A program made the position numbers and the translations under genes. From an uncultured Hyphomicrobiales bacterium (GTDB lineage: Bacteria; Bacteroidota; Ignavibacteria; Kapaibacteriales; UBA2268), in assembly GCA_964645005.1 (NCBI GenBank), contig CAZXYS010000010.1, positions 10,709 through 74,708 on the forward strand: DNA of 64,000 nucleotides, given 5' to 3'. Positions 40,201-49,193 of this stretch are shown here, piece after piece; within the stretch, counting starts at the first letter, position 1; each line of letters starts with the position of its first letter. Below the pieces are notes generated by a model, which saw nothing but the letters and a program-made list of their open reading frames with translations, had not been told where the DNA came from and made no database searches.

Positions 40201-41814
40201 CCCACCGAATTCAGTATGTATTATCGCAGGATGATCTTGAGAAATATTTCTACTGATGAAGTATTGTTTGACGGAGTGACCAATTTTGAAGTTTCACCAT
40301 GTCAGTGGTTTTACAGAGGCGGTTTCACTGAAAATGCAGCAAGCTATGTATTTACGGATGACCCAGTAATTGACACTGTAGCTGGGGATACAAATTACTT
40401 TGGAACTACTTATGGTACCGGAGCAATTTCTAGATCCGGCTATTTCACTACGGGTGAATTTGAAGATGAGGGTCATTGTTATACCAGATCATTTGCCCAG
40501 GATGCATTCGCTCAGCTTGGATTTTCCTTTGATTTCACTATGAAACAGTACGGCGGGCGTTACAGACCGGATTCCACAACTCAGAAAATAAATGGCGATG
40601 CGATAACGCCGGTTGATTTTGTGGACAGATATCAGGAGTGGAACCATGTATTCACTACACAAGTAGTTGATACTGTTTATTTGGATAAAATGACATTAAC
40701 TCCATTACGACGAATATCCGGCAGCTTCAACAATGGTCCCGCATGGATGGAAGTTGAATTCAAACCCGGCGGAACAGAAGAGATGACCTTAAACTGGGGC
40801 TCCGGAAATGAAGAAACATTCCAGGTGGAGTATCTTGAAGTTGATGTCAAAAACGTTATAACCATGAATCGTCCGGTGGAACCTAACTCTGAAGATTCTA
40901 TAGAAATTCAGTATCCACAGGAATCATGGCATCATGTAGTTCTGGATACCACTCACAGAACTCAGTTTTCTAATACCTGGTATCCTAATCCCTACAGTCT
41001 TGGTATGAATTATGATACACTGATAGGTGGATATAACTTACGATCACACGCATTTGTTAATGGTAGAGGAGATAATTCCGCATTTACACTTAACAAACAG
41101 GTGGGTAAACAGCAAGGCAATTATGAAAACACTGTAGCTCCTATAGTTGGTACTCAAGGACGTTATTATTTATCAGCTGCTAGTGGCGGTAATACAGTAG
41201 ATTTTGTAAATGTATTAACTGTGAACGGAGTTCAGTTTGCCTTTGACTTTGCTAATAAAGCAAGATTCTGGGGACAATCGGATAATATGTGGAGTGATGA
41301 CGCATTTACCGTACCCGAAGATGAGTATGACTACAGTGAGGACTTTGAGCCTGGTGATCAAGTGCTGCTCAAGACCAAAGGAGGAGTACTGGGATTACCC
41401 ATGCCAGGTGCAAAGATCAGATGCAGAGTCACAGAAAGCGAACCGGCAATGAGTGAATACACTGATAATCTGCTGGATCAGATTCAGGTTGTTCCTAATC
41501 CATATTACATTTCACACATTGGCGAGCAATCTCCCTATGACACTCAACTGTATTTCACGAAACTGCCAAAGAAATGTACAATTGACATCTACACAATCAT
41601 GGGAGATCTAATAAAAACAATTGAACATGATGAGATAAATTCCTACGACGAGAATAAAGTGGCAGTTGAAGTCTGGGATCTTCTCTCGAAAAACAGACAG
41701 AGAGTTGAAAGCCAGACTATGGTTGCTGTGATAACAACACCTAACGGTGCACAGACCGTTAAGAAATTCAGTGTTGTTGTAGGAGGTTTCAGATTGATTG
41801 AAACTGATGAATAA
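37240..41814 (+). CDS. Giant secreted protein (1524 aa) with atypical T9SS-like CTD
   Basis: Signal peptide. 'GDKRFMMATGPF', 'DFMGYKIFR'. C-terminal 'IQVVPNPYY...FTKLPKKCTIDIYTIMGDLI...WDLLS...KKFSVV'. Confidence 0.8.
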   Translation: MKIVFKKSILAMILLMFFSGTFISQADISEEARKKKNKKDEIQRTYKRYFDLQENSISDIQLPITNYGIIGLDVANSTGGGYWPRGSQNQYIFGGGIWFGAVRENPNTSEEKKYVEVTYNPNSGESWMVPGHIKYDEQDVADQSDINRYRTYFSTDFRPDGKTIDPDEGGDWDWPIWDVAEDPEVELKYNRYFGAFVGEKALRTSNKYERGPAFISGEDIFCTYKDTDLNQYEGGYGRRSQEGYPLRLQFEQMIYSWGFGDYANFMFVKYTIINYSQDTLKDCWVAPVMDVDIARRQNARFGAGNDRARYYEEADSLNLAFQWSESDRGEAGRGFGYLGFDFLESPAVIRTFDTVVTSDGDTVIKEIQTDSTGFIRKDSSFYATSSQLGLVTFRNWAIENDILEDEPRYEFMASAQKDGDIGAGDKRFMMATGPFHMRPGDTARVVVGIILANAAVRQEPDGSKEDVKNLVDRDIFAQRVYDENFRAPTPPFKTKIQGYKPLNNGIQIMWDSTAEASFDTYEKGLDFMGYKIFRAKDPTLDTFNVDQISPGQGLTKGAGPFGWKEIRDWRLPNPFRKSVHRAGEDPNNEYMPYIDSLKIVGFVEDDTYERQYDPFKLQVIRVGRGVNLLSDSLAQEVNPGQTVHPIITSLTRNLQSKEGNLIPYFIEAVDTSLFSQPWGPYYAQFVGRDDALFTHPSRKTNNYLLDSVMLGEIHLNPSLLNYNPIFFKKITVEDVDTSYIFSTIFDTSNVWGEGIVAHKEGTGSKTFTVVDTVFFKESLSKGDQSGEFYIDVMVKRNLNNIMSDREHVQASLDSIYKYIQEGMVTEVEFPEFESKPEIIQDVIIPYMREATNDFTYTDFGDDNRNGVIETNLDPSKTEKILNNIDYYYKIVAYDEGDYVQPTPTKFNIANDGTRNFIETHAKSSPAGKKAAFDILPYDTARMGGLYNFEFFAFDQQRINQLYAGDTLELEFEPYFNLNQITFPGNENPTEFSMYYRRMILRNISTDEVLFDGVTNFEVSPCQWFYRGGFTENAASYVFTDDPVIDTVAGDTNYFGTTYGTGAISRSGYFTTGEFEDEGHCYTRSFAQDAFAQLGFSFDFTMKQYGGRYRPDSTTQKINGDAITPVDFVDRYQEWNHVFTTQVVDTVYLDKMTLTPLRRISGSFNNGPAWMEVEFKPGGTEEMTLNWGSGNEETFQVEYLEVDVKNVITMNRPVEPNSEDSIEIQYPQESWHHVVLDTTHRTQFSNTWYPNPYSLGMNYDTLIGGYNLRSHAFVNGRGDNSAFTLNKQVGKQQGNYENTVAPIVGTQGRYYLSAASGGNTVDFVNVLTVNGVQFAFDFANKARFWGQSDNMWSDDAFTVPEDEYDYSEDFEPGDQVLLKTKGGVLGLPMPGAKIRCRVTESEPAMSEYTDNLLDQIQVVPNPYYISHIGEQSPYDTQLYFTKLPKKCTIDIYTIMGDLIKTIEHDEINSYDENKVAVEVWDLLSKNRQRVESQTMVAVITTPNGAQTVKKFSVVVGGFRLIETDE

Positions 41815-41822
41815 AATAAACC

Positions 41823-41845
41823 TGCCCGGGGAACTGCCCCGGGCA
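41823..41845 (+). terminator. Intra-operon GC-rich stem-loop
   Basis: TGCCCGGGG-AACTG-CCCCGGGCA perfect 9-bp stem, weak U-tract. Confidence 0.55.
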
Positions 41846-41901
41846 TTATTTAAAAATTATTAATAATTGAAAATCGAATATTAAAATAAACAGAGGTTAT
41901 T

Positions 41902-42942
41902 ATGATAAAGAGAATTTTTTCAACTATTTTAGTTCTGATGATAGGGTTTTCAGTTATAAACCTTGAAGCAGTCGAAGAGCAGAGCTATGGTTCCTCTGCC
42001 GGCGGATTTGAAAAGGTCGGGGCATCAGGAGCACAGTTCCTGAAAGTACCCACTGGAGCAAGGGCTACAGGTATGGGAGGAGCTTACTCTTCAGTAGCGA
42101 ATGACCTTACCTCGATCTTCTGGAATCCAGCAGGACTTGCCGATGTAAATGCTATCGCAGCAAACTTTTCGTATACACAATGGTTTGCAGACTTTAACCA
42201 CAGTTTTGCTGCATTTTCCTTGCCCTTCGGAGATCAGTTCACTATGGCTTTGAGTCTTGTATCTCTTAGCAGTGGTGAAATACCGGTAACAACCATAAAT
42301 AAACCGGAAGGCGACGGTTCTTACTACCAGGTGCAGGATGTTTCCGTTGGATTTACCTTCAGCGGTTATCTAACAGACCAGTTTTCATTTGGTCTGACTG
42401 GAAAATACATTAGAACCGGTTTTGCATCGGTAGCAAGTTCAGGTATATCTTTCGATATTGGTACAATGTATCAAACCGGAATTCAAGGCATAAAACTCGG
42501 ATTCGCTATCATGAACCTGGGTACTGAACAAACTCTCGAAGGCAGTGATCTTGGAACAACTTTAAAGATCCATGAGAATTTAAACGCCAGTCCGCTGGAT
42601 GCTAAATATGACGCCAGTTCATTTGGTTTGCCGCTCGCATTCCGGGCAGGTATTACTTCAGATATAATTGAAACGGAAGAACACCATTTAATTGCAGCAG
42701 GAGATTTTACAACATTCTCCGATGTCCCCGAGCAGTTTGCTCTGGGATCCGAATATACCTGGAATGACATATTTTCTGTTCGCGCAGGTTATGTGTTCGG
42801 ATCTGATGCAGCTGGATTTTCCTGGGGTGCAGGAATAAATTATCTTGGCGGCGGTTTTAACGGACAAATTAACTATTCCATGAATCCAATGCAATTTTTC
42901 GGATTAGTAAACAGACTTTCTGTTGCGATTAGTATGGATTAA
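41902..42942 (+). CDS. PorV/PorQ-like (UPF0164) outer-membrane barrel
   Basis: GAQFLKVPTGARATGMGGAY, IFWNPAGLA, FDIGTMY, LPLAFRAG. Confidence 0.85.
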   Translation: MIKRIFSTILVLMIGFSVINLEAVEEQSYGSSAGGFEKVGASGAQFLKVPTGARATGMGGAYSSVANDLTSIFWNPAGLADVNAIAANFSYTQWFADFNHSFAAFSLPFGDQFTMALSLVSLSSGEIPVTTINKPEGDGSYYQVQDVSVGFTFSGYLTDQFSFGLTGKYIRTGFASVASSGISFDIGTMYQTGIQGIKLGFAIMNLGTEQTLEGSDLGTTLKIHENLNASPLDAKYDASSFGLPLAFRAGITSDIIETEEHHLIAAGDFTTFSDVPEQFALGSEYTWNDIFSVRAGYVFGSDAAGFSWGAGINYLGGGFNGQINYSMNPMQFFGLVNRLSVAISMD

Positions 42943-42967
42943 TTTGGAAATTAAAATTTTTTTATTT

Positions 42968-43006
42968 AATTGCCGTTAGGAATTATATCCTGGCGGCAAT
43001 TTTTTT
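42968..43006 (+). terminator. Rho-independent terminator
   Basis: TTGCCGTTAGGA..TCCTGGCGGCAA followed by a T-run. Confidence 0.75.
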
Positions 43007-43026
43007 CATAAATAGGAAGCATCGCC

Positions 43027-44463
43027 ATGAGGTTACTAATACTTATCATATCGACGTTTCTTACAATCGGAACCTTTAGCAGCGCTAAAGAAGTAAAACT
43101 AAATCTGATGGGCTCTCTTTTTCGTCATAATAATAATAGAGTCAAATGGGAATTTTATTATTCCTTTCCCGACACATTATTAAAATATGTTAAAAAAGGT
43201 GATAAGTATGTCGGCGAAATGTACTTCAAAATACAATTCCATTCGTCTATTAAAAAAGAGTATGAGGAAACTTGGATAGTTACTCATTCCAGCGACAGTA
43301 CAATAGATGAGTTTAAGCTTAATTTGGTTGGTCAGAAAACGTTTTTCCTGCCTATAGGACAGTATAATGCACAGGTAAAAGTAACTGATAAGCATGATAG
43401 TTCAACTTCAGATCAGACTGAATTCAAGATCTTAGCCCGAAAATTTGCTGAAAACAAAATATCCATTAGCGATATTGAATTGGCTAATATAATTGAAAAA
43501 GCCGGTAAAAATGCCCCCAAAGATATGTTTTACAAAAATACTTTAAGGGTGGTACCAAATCCGAACTTGGAGTTCTACGGCAAAGATCCGTTTTGCAAAG
43601 CTTATCTGGAAATTTACAATGCCCAAAAATATGCACCCGAGGGTTTCACATTGAAATACAAAATATTAAATTCATCTGAGAAAGAAATGTTTACCGTTCC
43701 CAGAAAGAAGAAATCAGCGGCTAACGGAATAGTAGATTATGTTGAAATTCCAATTGAGTTATTGCCTACCGGGGCATATTATCTTAAAGCACTTATTCAA
43801 TATGAACATAAGGGGAAAACAGATTCAGCATTATCAAGACAAAAGTTTTATTTCATAAATCCGGATATGTCCCCCAGAGAACATACGCAATTTGTTGAGA
43901 GTTCTTCATTTGAGCAGAGCGTATTTTCAACTATGTCAGCAGAGAGGGTGCGGATTGAATATGAAAAAGCGAAATATATAGCTGCAGCCAAGGAGAAAGA
44001 TAAATATGAAATGCTATCCACCGTGGAAGCTAAACAAAGATTTCTTTATAGATTTTGGCAGAATAGAGATCCCAAAGAAGAAACTCCGGTAAATGAAAAA
44101 TATGTTGAATACCAGAATCTAGCTGATTATGCGGACACTTATTTTTCAAGCGGTATTAAACAAGCCGGCTGGAGAACTGACAGGGGGCGTGTACTGCTAA
44201 AATATGGTATGCCGACGCAGCGGGACAAAAATCCATCCAAAGATTATAACCGGGCTTACGAGGTCTGGTATTATGATGAATTGCAGGGAGGCGTAAGGTT
44301 TTACTTTGTTGATATTTATAGCTCAAGTGATTACATCCTTGTTCATTCAACCTTAATGGGAGAGATTTACAATCCGGACTGGTACGATCAATATGTCCCA
44401 ATTGTACGCGATAATAACCAAGATGACAGAAATAATAATTTTAATAATCAATTATATAGATAA
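43027..44463 (+). CDS. GWxTD domain-containing protein
   Basis: FWQNRDP...NE, GWRTDRGRV..KYGMP, YEVWYY, FYFVD. Confidence 0.9.
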   Translation: MRLLILIISTFLTIGTFSSAKEVKLNLMGSLFRHNNNRVKWEFYYSFPDTLLKYVKKGDKYVGEMYFKIQFHSSIKKEYEETWIVTHSSDSTIDEFKLNLVGQKTFFLPIGQYNAQVKVTDKHDSSTSDQTEFKILARKFAENKISISDIELANIIEKAGKNAPKDMFYKNTLRVVPNPNLEFYGKDPFCKAYLEIYNAQKYAPEGFTLKYKILNSSEKEMFTVPRKKKSAANGIVDYVEIPIELLPTGAYYLKALIQYEHKGKTDSALSRQKFYFINPDMSPREHTQFVESSSFEQSVFSTMSAERVRIEYEKAKYIAAAKEKDKYEMLSTVEAKQRFLYRFWQNRDPKEETPVNEKYVEYQNLADYADTYFSSGIKQAGWRTDRGRVLLKYGMPTQRDKNPSKDYNRAYEVWYYDELQGGVRFYFVDIYSSSDYILVHSTLMGEIYNPDWYDQYVPIVRDNNQDDRNNNFNNQLYR

Positions 44464-44473
44464 TAGATAGGAA

Positions 44474-45403
44474 GTGCGTAAAATTCTATATAGATTTGAA
44501 ACAATTATGCTTCAATTGCTTGGCATTATTTCGACAATACTGCCAATCAAAACCAGAACAGCTTTTGGTGCTTTACTCGGCAATATAATGAGGTTGCTCA
44601 GTTCCAAAAGAAAACAAATAACACTGGATAATATCAAATCATCCTTCCCCGAAAGAGCTCACTCCTGGCATAAAAAAATACTGAAAGGCTCATATAAAAA
44701 TCTTGGAATAACACTCGCTGAGATCCTCGCATTTAAAAGCTTTTCCAGGGAAGACTTCGAGAACTACATCAAATATGAAAACATTGAATTAATAACAGAC
44801 TTATTGGCTAAAAAACGAGGGGTGATTTTGCTGTCAGGGCATTATGGGAATTGGGAGATGTTAGCCTATACGGCAGGATTATTTACCGATTTACCAGTAT
44901 TAATAATTGTGAAAAAGCAGCGAAACAAATTTGTCGATACTCACATGAATAAGATTCGTACGCGCAATGGAAACAACGTGGTAGCAATGAGCAAAGCTGC
45001 CCGCCCAATTGTGAAAGCTGTTCGAGAAGGCAAAGCAATAGCTTTGCTGGCAGATCAAAGCCCTTCCAAGGACAGCGATCTTGTTGTGGATTATTTTGGA
45101 AAACCTACCTTGACTTTCGATTCGCCCGCTGCAATAGCTCTGAAATTTAATGTTCCTATTGTTATGGGATTTGCCGAAAGACAGAAAGACGGCACATATT
45201 ATGTCAAACTGAAAGAAGTAAAACACGACGATTTGAGTGATAATGAAGAGGGAATCAGAGAATTGACAAGGCGTCATGTAGCAGCGTTAGAAGAGGCTGT
45301 AAAGAAAAGACCCGATCTATGGGCATGGCAGCACAGACGGTGGAAACATTCTCCCAAAACGACTGAAACAAAAAAAGCAGATATAGAATATAATGAAAAA
45401 TAA
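44474..45403 (+). CDS. Lipid A secondary acyltransferase (HtrB/LpxL family)
   Basis: HYGNWE, LLADQ, WAWQHRRWK. Confidence 0.9.
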   Translation: MRKILYRFETIMLQLLGIISTILPIKTRTAFGALLGNIMRLLSSKRKQITLDNIKSSFPERAHSWHKKILKGSYKNLGITLAEILAFKSFSREDFENYIKYENIELITDLLAKKRGVILLSGHYGNWEMLAYTAGLFTDLPVLIIVKKQRNKFVDTHMNKIRTRNGNNVVAMSKAARPIVKAVREGKAIALLADQSPSKDSDLVVDYFGKPTLTFDSPAAIALKFNVPIVMGFAERQKDGTYYVKLKEVKHDDLSDNEEGIRELTRRHVAALEEAVKKRPDLWAWQHRRWKHSPKTTETKKADIEYNEK

Positions 45404-46469
45404 AAAAGTTTTTTTTTTAAAAGATATTAAAAAAATAGCAATAATTCAGACAGCATTTATTGGAGATGCTGCTTTAACCTTGGCTATACCCGAGTTCATA
45501 AAATCAATCAATCCCGAATGCCGGATAAATTTTGTTACTACGCCTCAATCTGCCGAAATGGTGCAAAGTGCTGAAGCAGTAGACAAAACTATCATATATG
45601 ATAAACGCGGCAAGAATCGCGGCTTAGATGGTATTAAACATATTGCAAGTATTTTAAGAAATTCAGATGTGGAATTAGTATTATCACCCCATAGATCATT
45701 ACGCAGCACACTTATTTCAAAATTTTCGAAAGTCTACAAAACAATAGGATTTAACACAGCCGATTTTTCGTTTCTTCACACAAAAAAAGTACCCTATAAA
45801 TTCCATCTTCACGAAGCTGACAGAAACATGGAATTGTTGTCTGTTTTTAATGATATAAATGTATATGAAGAAACAGATGATTTGAAGATCAGGATGAACT
45901 TTGAGTTTGACGACAAAAATTATATTGAAAATAAGCTTGCTATGGCTGGCTTTATCGGGGAAAACAAAAAAATTCTGATCGCCCCTGGTTCTATATGGGA
46001 AACCAAAAAATGGAAGGAAAAACATTTTGAAACACTGATAAAAAAATTTACTGAAGATGGATACAAATGCATCCTTGCCGGATCGAAAAGTGAAAAAGAA
46101 CTTTGTAAAAATATTGGAGGCATAACAGGTGCTTTAGATATATCCGGTGAAACGACTATCCCCCAATTAATATATCTTATGTCGAGAGTTAACTTGACTG
46201 TAACTAACGATAGTGCTCCTACTCATTTGGCTTGGCTTGCCGGGTGTCCTACAGCAACTATTTATGGCCCGACATCACCCATTTTCGGATTTTATCCTCG
46301 AGGCAAACAAACAGCTATAATTGAAAATAAAAATTTGAAATGCCGGCCTTGCATGATTCATGGCAGTGGGGAATGCCCATTAGGCACTCATGAATGCATG
46401 AAATCAATATCACCGGACATAGTTTACTTTGAATCAATGAAAATTTTTAATAATTTGGATTCTTTTTAA
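45393..46469 (+). CDS. Glycosyltransferase family 9 (heptosyltransferase-like)
   Basis: IQTAFIGD, APGSIWETKKW, TNDSAPTHLA, YGPT. Confidence 0.9.
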   Translation: MKNKKVFFLKDIKKIAIIQTAFIGDAALTLAIPEFIKSINPECRINFVTTPQSAEMVQSAEAVDKTIIYDKRGKNRGLDGIKHIASILRNSDVELVLSPHRSLRSTLISKFSKVYKTIGFNTADFSFLHTKKVPYKFHLHEADRNMELLSVFNDINVYEETDDLKIRMNFEFDDKNYIENKLAMAGFIGENKKILIAPGSIWETKKWKEKHFETLIKKFTEDGYKCILAGSKSEKELCKNIGGITGALDISGETTIPQLIYLMSRVNLTVTNDSAPTHLAWLAGCPTATIYGPTSPIFGFYPRGKQTAIIENKNLKCRPCMIHGSGECPLGTHECMKSISPDIVYFESMKIFNNLDSF

Positions 46470-46497
46470 ATTGAATTATTGAAAAACAGATGGTAAA

Positions 46498-47472
46498 GTG
46501 AAAAAAGCGTTAGTTTGCGGAGCAGGAGGCTTCATTGGAAGCCATTTAGTAAAGAGATTAAAAAATGAAGGTTCCTGGGTAAGAGGAATTGATCTCAAAT
46601 ATCCGGAATTTGCAGAAACTGAAGCTGATGATTTTATGATCGGCGATTTGCGTGATCCATTGACATGTAGAATGGCTATGGACACAAGATTTGACGAAGT
46701 ATATCAACTTGCCGCAGACATGGGCGGCGCCGGATTTGTATTTACCGGCGACAATGATGCTGATATCATGCATAATTCCGGTATGATAAATCTCAATGTC
46801 CTCGATGCATGCAGTAAAAGAAATGTTAAACGAGTGTTTTATTCTTCTTCGGCTTGCATATATCCGGAATATAATCAATTAGACCCGGAGAATCCTAATT
46901 GCTCTGAGGACAGTGCTTATCCGGCAGCCCCCGACAGCGAATACGGATGGGAAAAATTATTCAGCGAGAGATTATTTCTTGCATTTCATAGAAATTACAA
47001 AATGGATGTAAGAATAGCCCGTTATCACAACATTTTCGGACCTGAGGGAACCTGGGATGGCGGTCGAGAAAAAGCACCGGCGGCATTATGCAGGAAGGTT
47101 GCCGAAGCTTCTGATGGAGGAGAGATAGTAATTTGGGGGGATGGCAAACAGACAAGGTCCTTTCTATTTATTGACGAATGTCTCGAAGGAACTACAAGAT
47201 TAATGCGTTCTGATTTTACTGGACCTGTTAATATAGGTTCCGATGAAATGATCTCAATAAATGATCTCGCAAATATGATAATGGATATCGCCGGAAAAAA
47301 ATTATCTATCAAGCATATCGAAGGACCTCTTGGCGTCAGAGGCAGAAATTCTGACAATAATCTGATCGAAGAAAAACTTGAATGGAAACCTAATTGGGCA
47401 CTTAGAAAGGGAATGGAAATTACATATAAATGGATTGAAAAGCAGGTGGAAGCAAAAGGTAATAATAGATGA
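46498..47472 (+). CDS. NAD-dependent epimerase, GDP-mannose 3,5-epimerase-like
   Basis: GAGGFIG, LAADMGGAGF, SSSACIYP, YGWEK, GGREKAPAALCRK. Confidence 0.88.
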   Translation: MKKALVCGAGGFIGSHLVKRLKNEGSWVRGIDLKYPEFAETEADDFMIGDLRDPLTCRMAMDTRFDEVYQLAADMGGAGFVFTGDNDADIMHNSGMINLNVLDACSKRNVKRVFYSSSACIYPEYNQLDPENPNCSEDSAYPAAPDSEYGWEKLFSERLFLAFHRNYKMDVRIARYHNIFGPEGTWDGGREKAPAALCRKVAEASDGGEIVIWGDGKQTRSFLFIDECLEGTTRLMRSDFTGPVNIGSDEMISINDLANMIMDIAGKKLSIKHIEGPLGVRGRNSDNNLIEEKLEWKPNWALRKGMEITYKWIEKQVEAKGNNR

Positions 47473-47490
47473 TACCTCTGAATTTATAAA

Positions 47491-48039
47491 TCAATTATTT
47501 TTCTTAGATATCTCAGATAAAATAACCAGTGGATCCAAAAGAGATTGAGGGCGGTCATTCCCGCTGAAGTTCCCCCCTGAATAAGGCCTAACTTCATTAA
47601 TAGGTGATTTGTATAACTCCAGATGCAATTTATGTGGGTTGCCGTTTTGGACAAGCTCCCGAATATAGTAAGGTGTCTTGGAAGTTATTCTTTCTTTATT
47701 AATGCTTTTACCAACCCGACCAATTTCTTGTCCGGCATCAATAAAATCACCTATATGTGGATATACTTCGCTCAATTCACAATATTTATAATTTATATTC
47801 TCTGATGTTTTTATTGTAATATAATATGTTGTATTCCAGTAGATCTTTTTCTCTGAAGAAGTGAATACACCTTTATCAATTACCATACCGCTTTCTATTG
47901 CCAGAACCGCTGAATTTTCAGGAGCATAAATTTCCACACCGCAACTGAAAAATTCGCTCCTGTTTTCCCAGAAGCTTCCTTTTTCACCCGGTTGCGGCAT
48001 TTGTTCAGAGTAACTTTCCGGTACGGGCCAATACTTCAT
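47491..48039 (-). CDS. M23 peptidase-family protein with degenerate Zn motif
   Basis: YWPVP start, 'SCGVEIYAP..S.V.AI..G.V', 'GQEIGRVG', 'LHLELY'. Confidence 0.7.
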   Translation of the reverse strand: MKYWPVPESYSEQMPQPGEKGSFWENRSEFFSCGVEIYAPENSAVLAIESGMVIDKGVFTSSEKKIYWNTTYYITIKTSENINYKYCELSEVYPHIGDFIDAGQEIGRVGKSINKERITSKTPYYIRELVQNGNPHKLHLELYKSPINEVRPYSGGNFSGNDRPQSLLDPLVILSEISKKNN

Positions 48040-48335
48040 ATTAATATTAATAACTTATTTATAAAACCATTTACTCTAGTTAAAATAAGCAAATTTCTGT
48101 GAATATATTTTTTTATACGCAAAACTTATACCAATAAAAAATAGAATATTTTTTTTATCTTTACTTTATTTAAATAAGATTCTTTTTGAAATAACACATA
48201 TCGAACAAAAAAATTACAAAAAATATGTTTTTTCTTTATGATTTAACTTCAGTTTTTTTAAATTCAATTAGTTTTTTGATATAACCGAAAATAATAATAT
48301 TAATTTGTATTAATAAATTCGTTATAAGATTAAAT

Positions 48336-49169
48336 TTATTTTGCAGCTTCTTTTTTATGAAATTCTTTAACAGCCGTTATGAATTCTTTACCAATGTTGT
48401 GAGATAAGGGATTATCTTTATCGAGACGTTCAGGATGCCATTGTACAGAGATCATGAAAGGTTCTTTTTCATGATTCGACCATTCATAAGCTTCTATGAG
48501 ACCATCATCAGAGTAAGCTGATATGTCGAAACCCACTGCTAACCCTTCAACAGCCTGGTGGTGGTTGCTGTTTACCCTGCCTTTTGTAATTCCCGTAATT
48601 TTACTCAGATATGAGCCCTCTACGAGAGTTACTTCATGATAGCATGAGTCTGATTTCATACATTGATGAGTGATGGTTGTGTCGAAATCCGTTGGTATAT
48701 CCACAACAAGTGAACCTCCCATAGCTACGTTCAGTATCTGCTCGCCGCGGCAGATGCCTAAAAGGGGGATTTTTTGCTCTATAGCTCTGTCAATCAAGCC
48801 GAATTCAAGAGTATCACGCTCGTAATCAATATCGCATCTTCCGGTTTCTCCGGGACGACCATATTTGTTCGGGTCGACATCCGGTCCTCCTGTCAGAACA
48901 AGCCCCGAGCATTTTTTAATCTTTTCAAAGGCTTCTTCGCGGGACATTTGATGCATGTCAATGATTTCAATTTCCTGATCGAAAGACTTTATCCATTTTG
49001 AATAATTTTCGTAATGCTCGCCACCGCTGCCCTTAGAAAGAGCTATTTTTATAATTTTATCTTCCTGTGAACATCCTGCGATCAAGATCAATAATAATAC
49101 AGCCGCAAATGCATTTCGGAGATAAATTATTGACCTGTTGCGAAATTTGATGCTGTTGAGATGTTTCAT
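48336..49169 (-). CDS. Peptidase C26 / gamma-glutamyl-GABA hydrolase family, predicted lipoprotein
   Basis: LTGGPDVDP, LGICRG.Q, VNSNHHQ, VQWHPE; lipobox IAGC. Confidence 0.88.
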   Translation of the reverse strand: MKHLNSIKFRNRSIIYLRNAFAAVLLLILIAGCSQEDKIIKIALSKGSGGEHYENYSKWIKSFDQEIEIIDMHQMSREEAFEKIKKCSGLVLTGGPDVDPNKYGRPGETGRCDIDYERDTLEFGLIDRAIEQKIPLLGICRGEQILNVAMGGSLVVDIPTDFDTTITHQCMKSDSCYHEVTLVEGSYLSKITGITKGRVNSNHHQAVEGLAVGFDISAYSDDGLIEAYEWSNHEKEPFMISVQWHPERLDKDNPLSHNIGKEFITAVKEFHKKEAAK

Positions 49170-49193
49170 TTAATTACCTTTAATAAGTTATAC

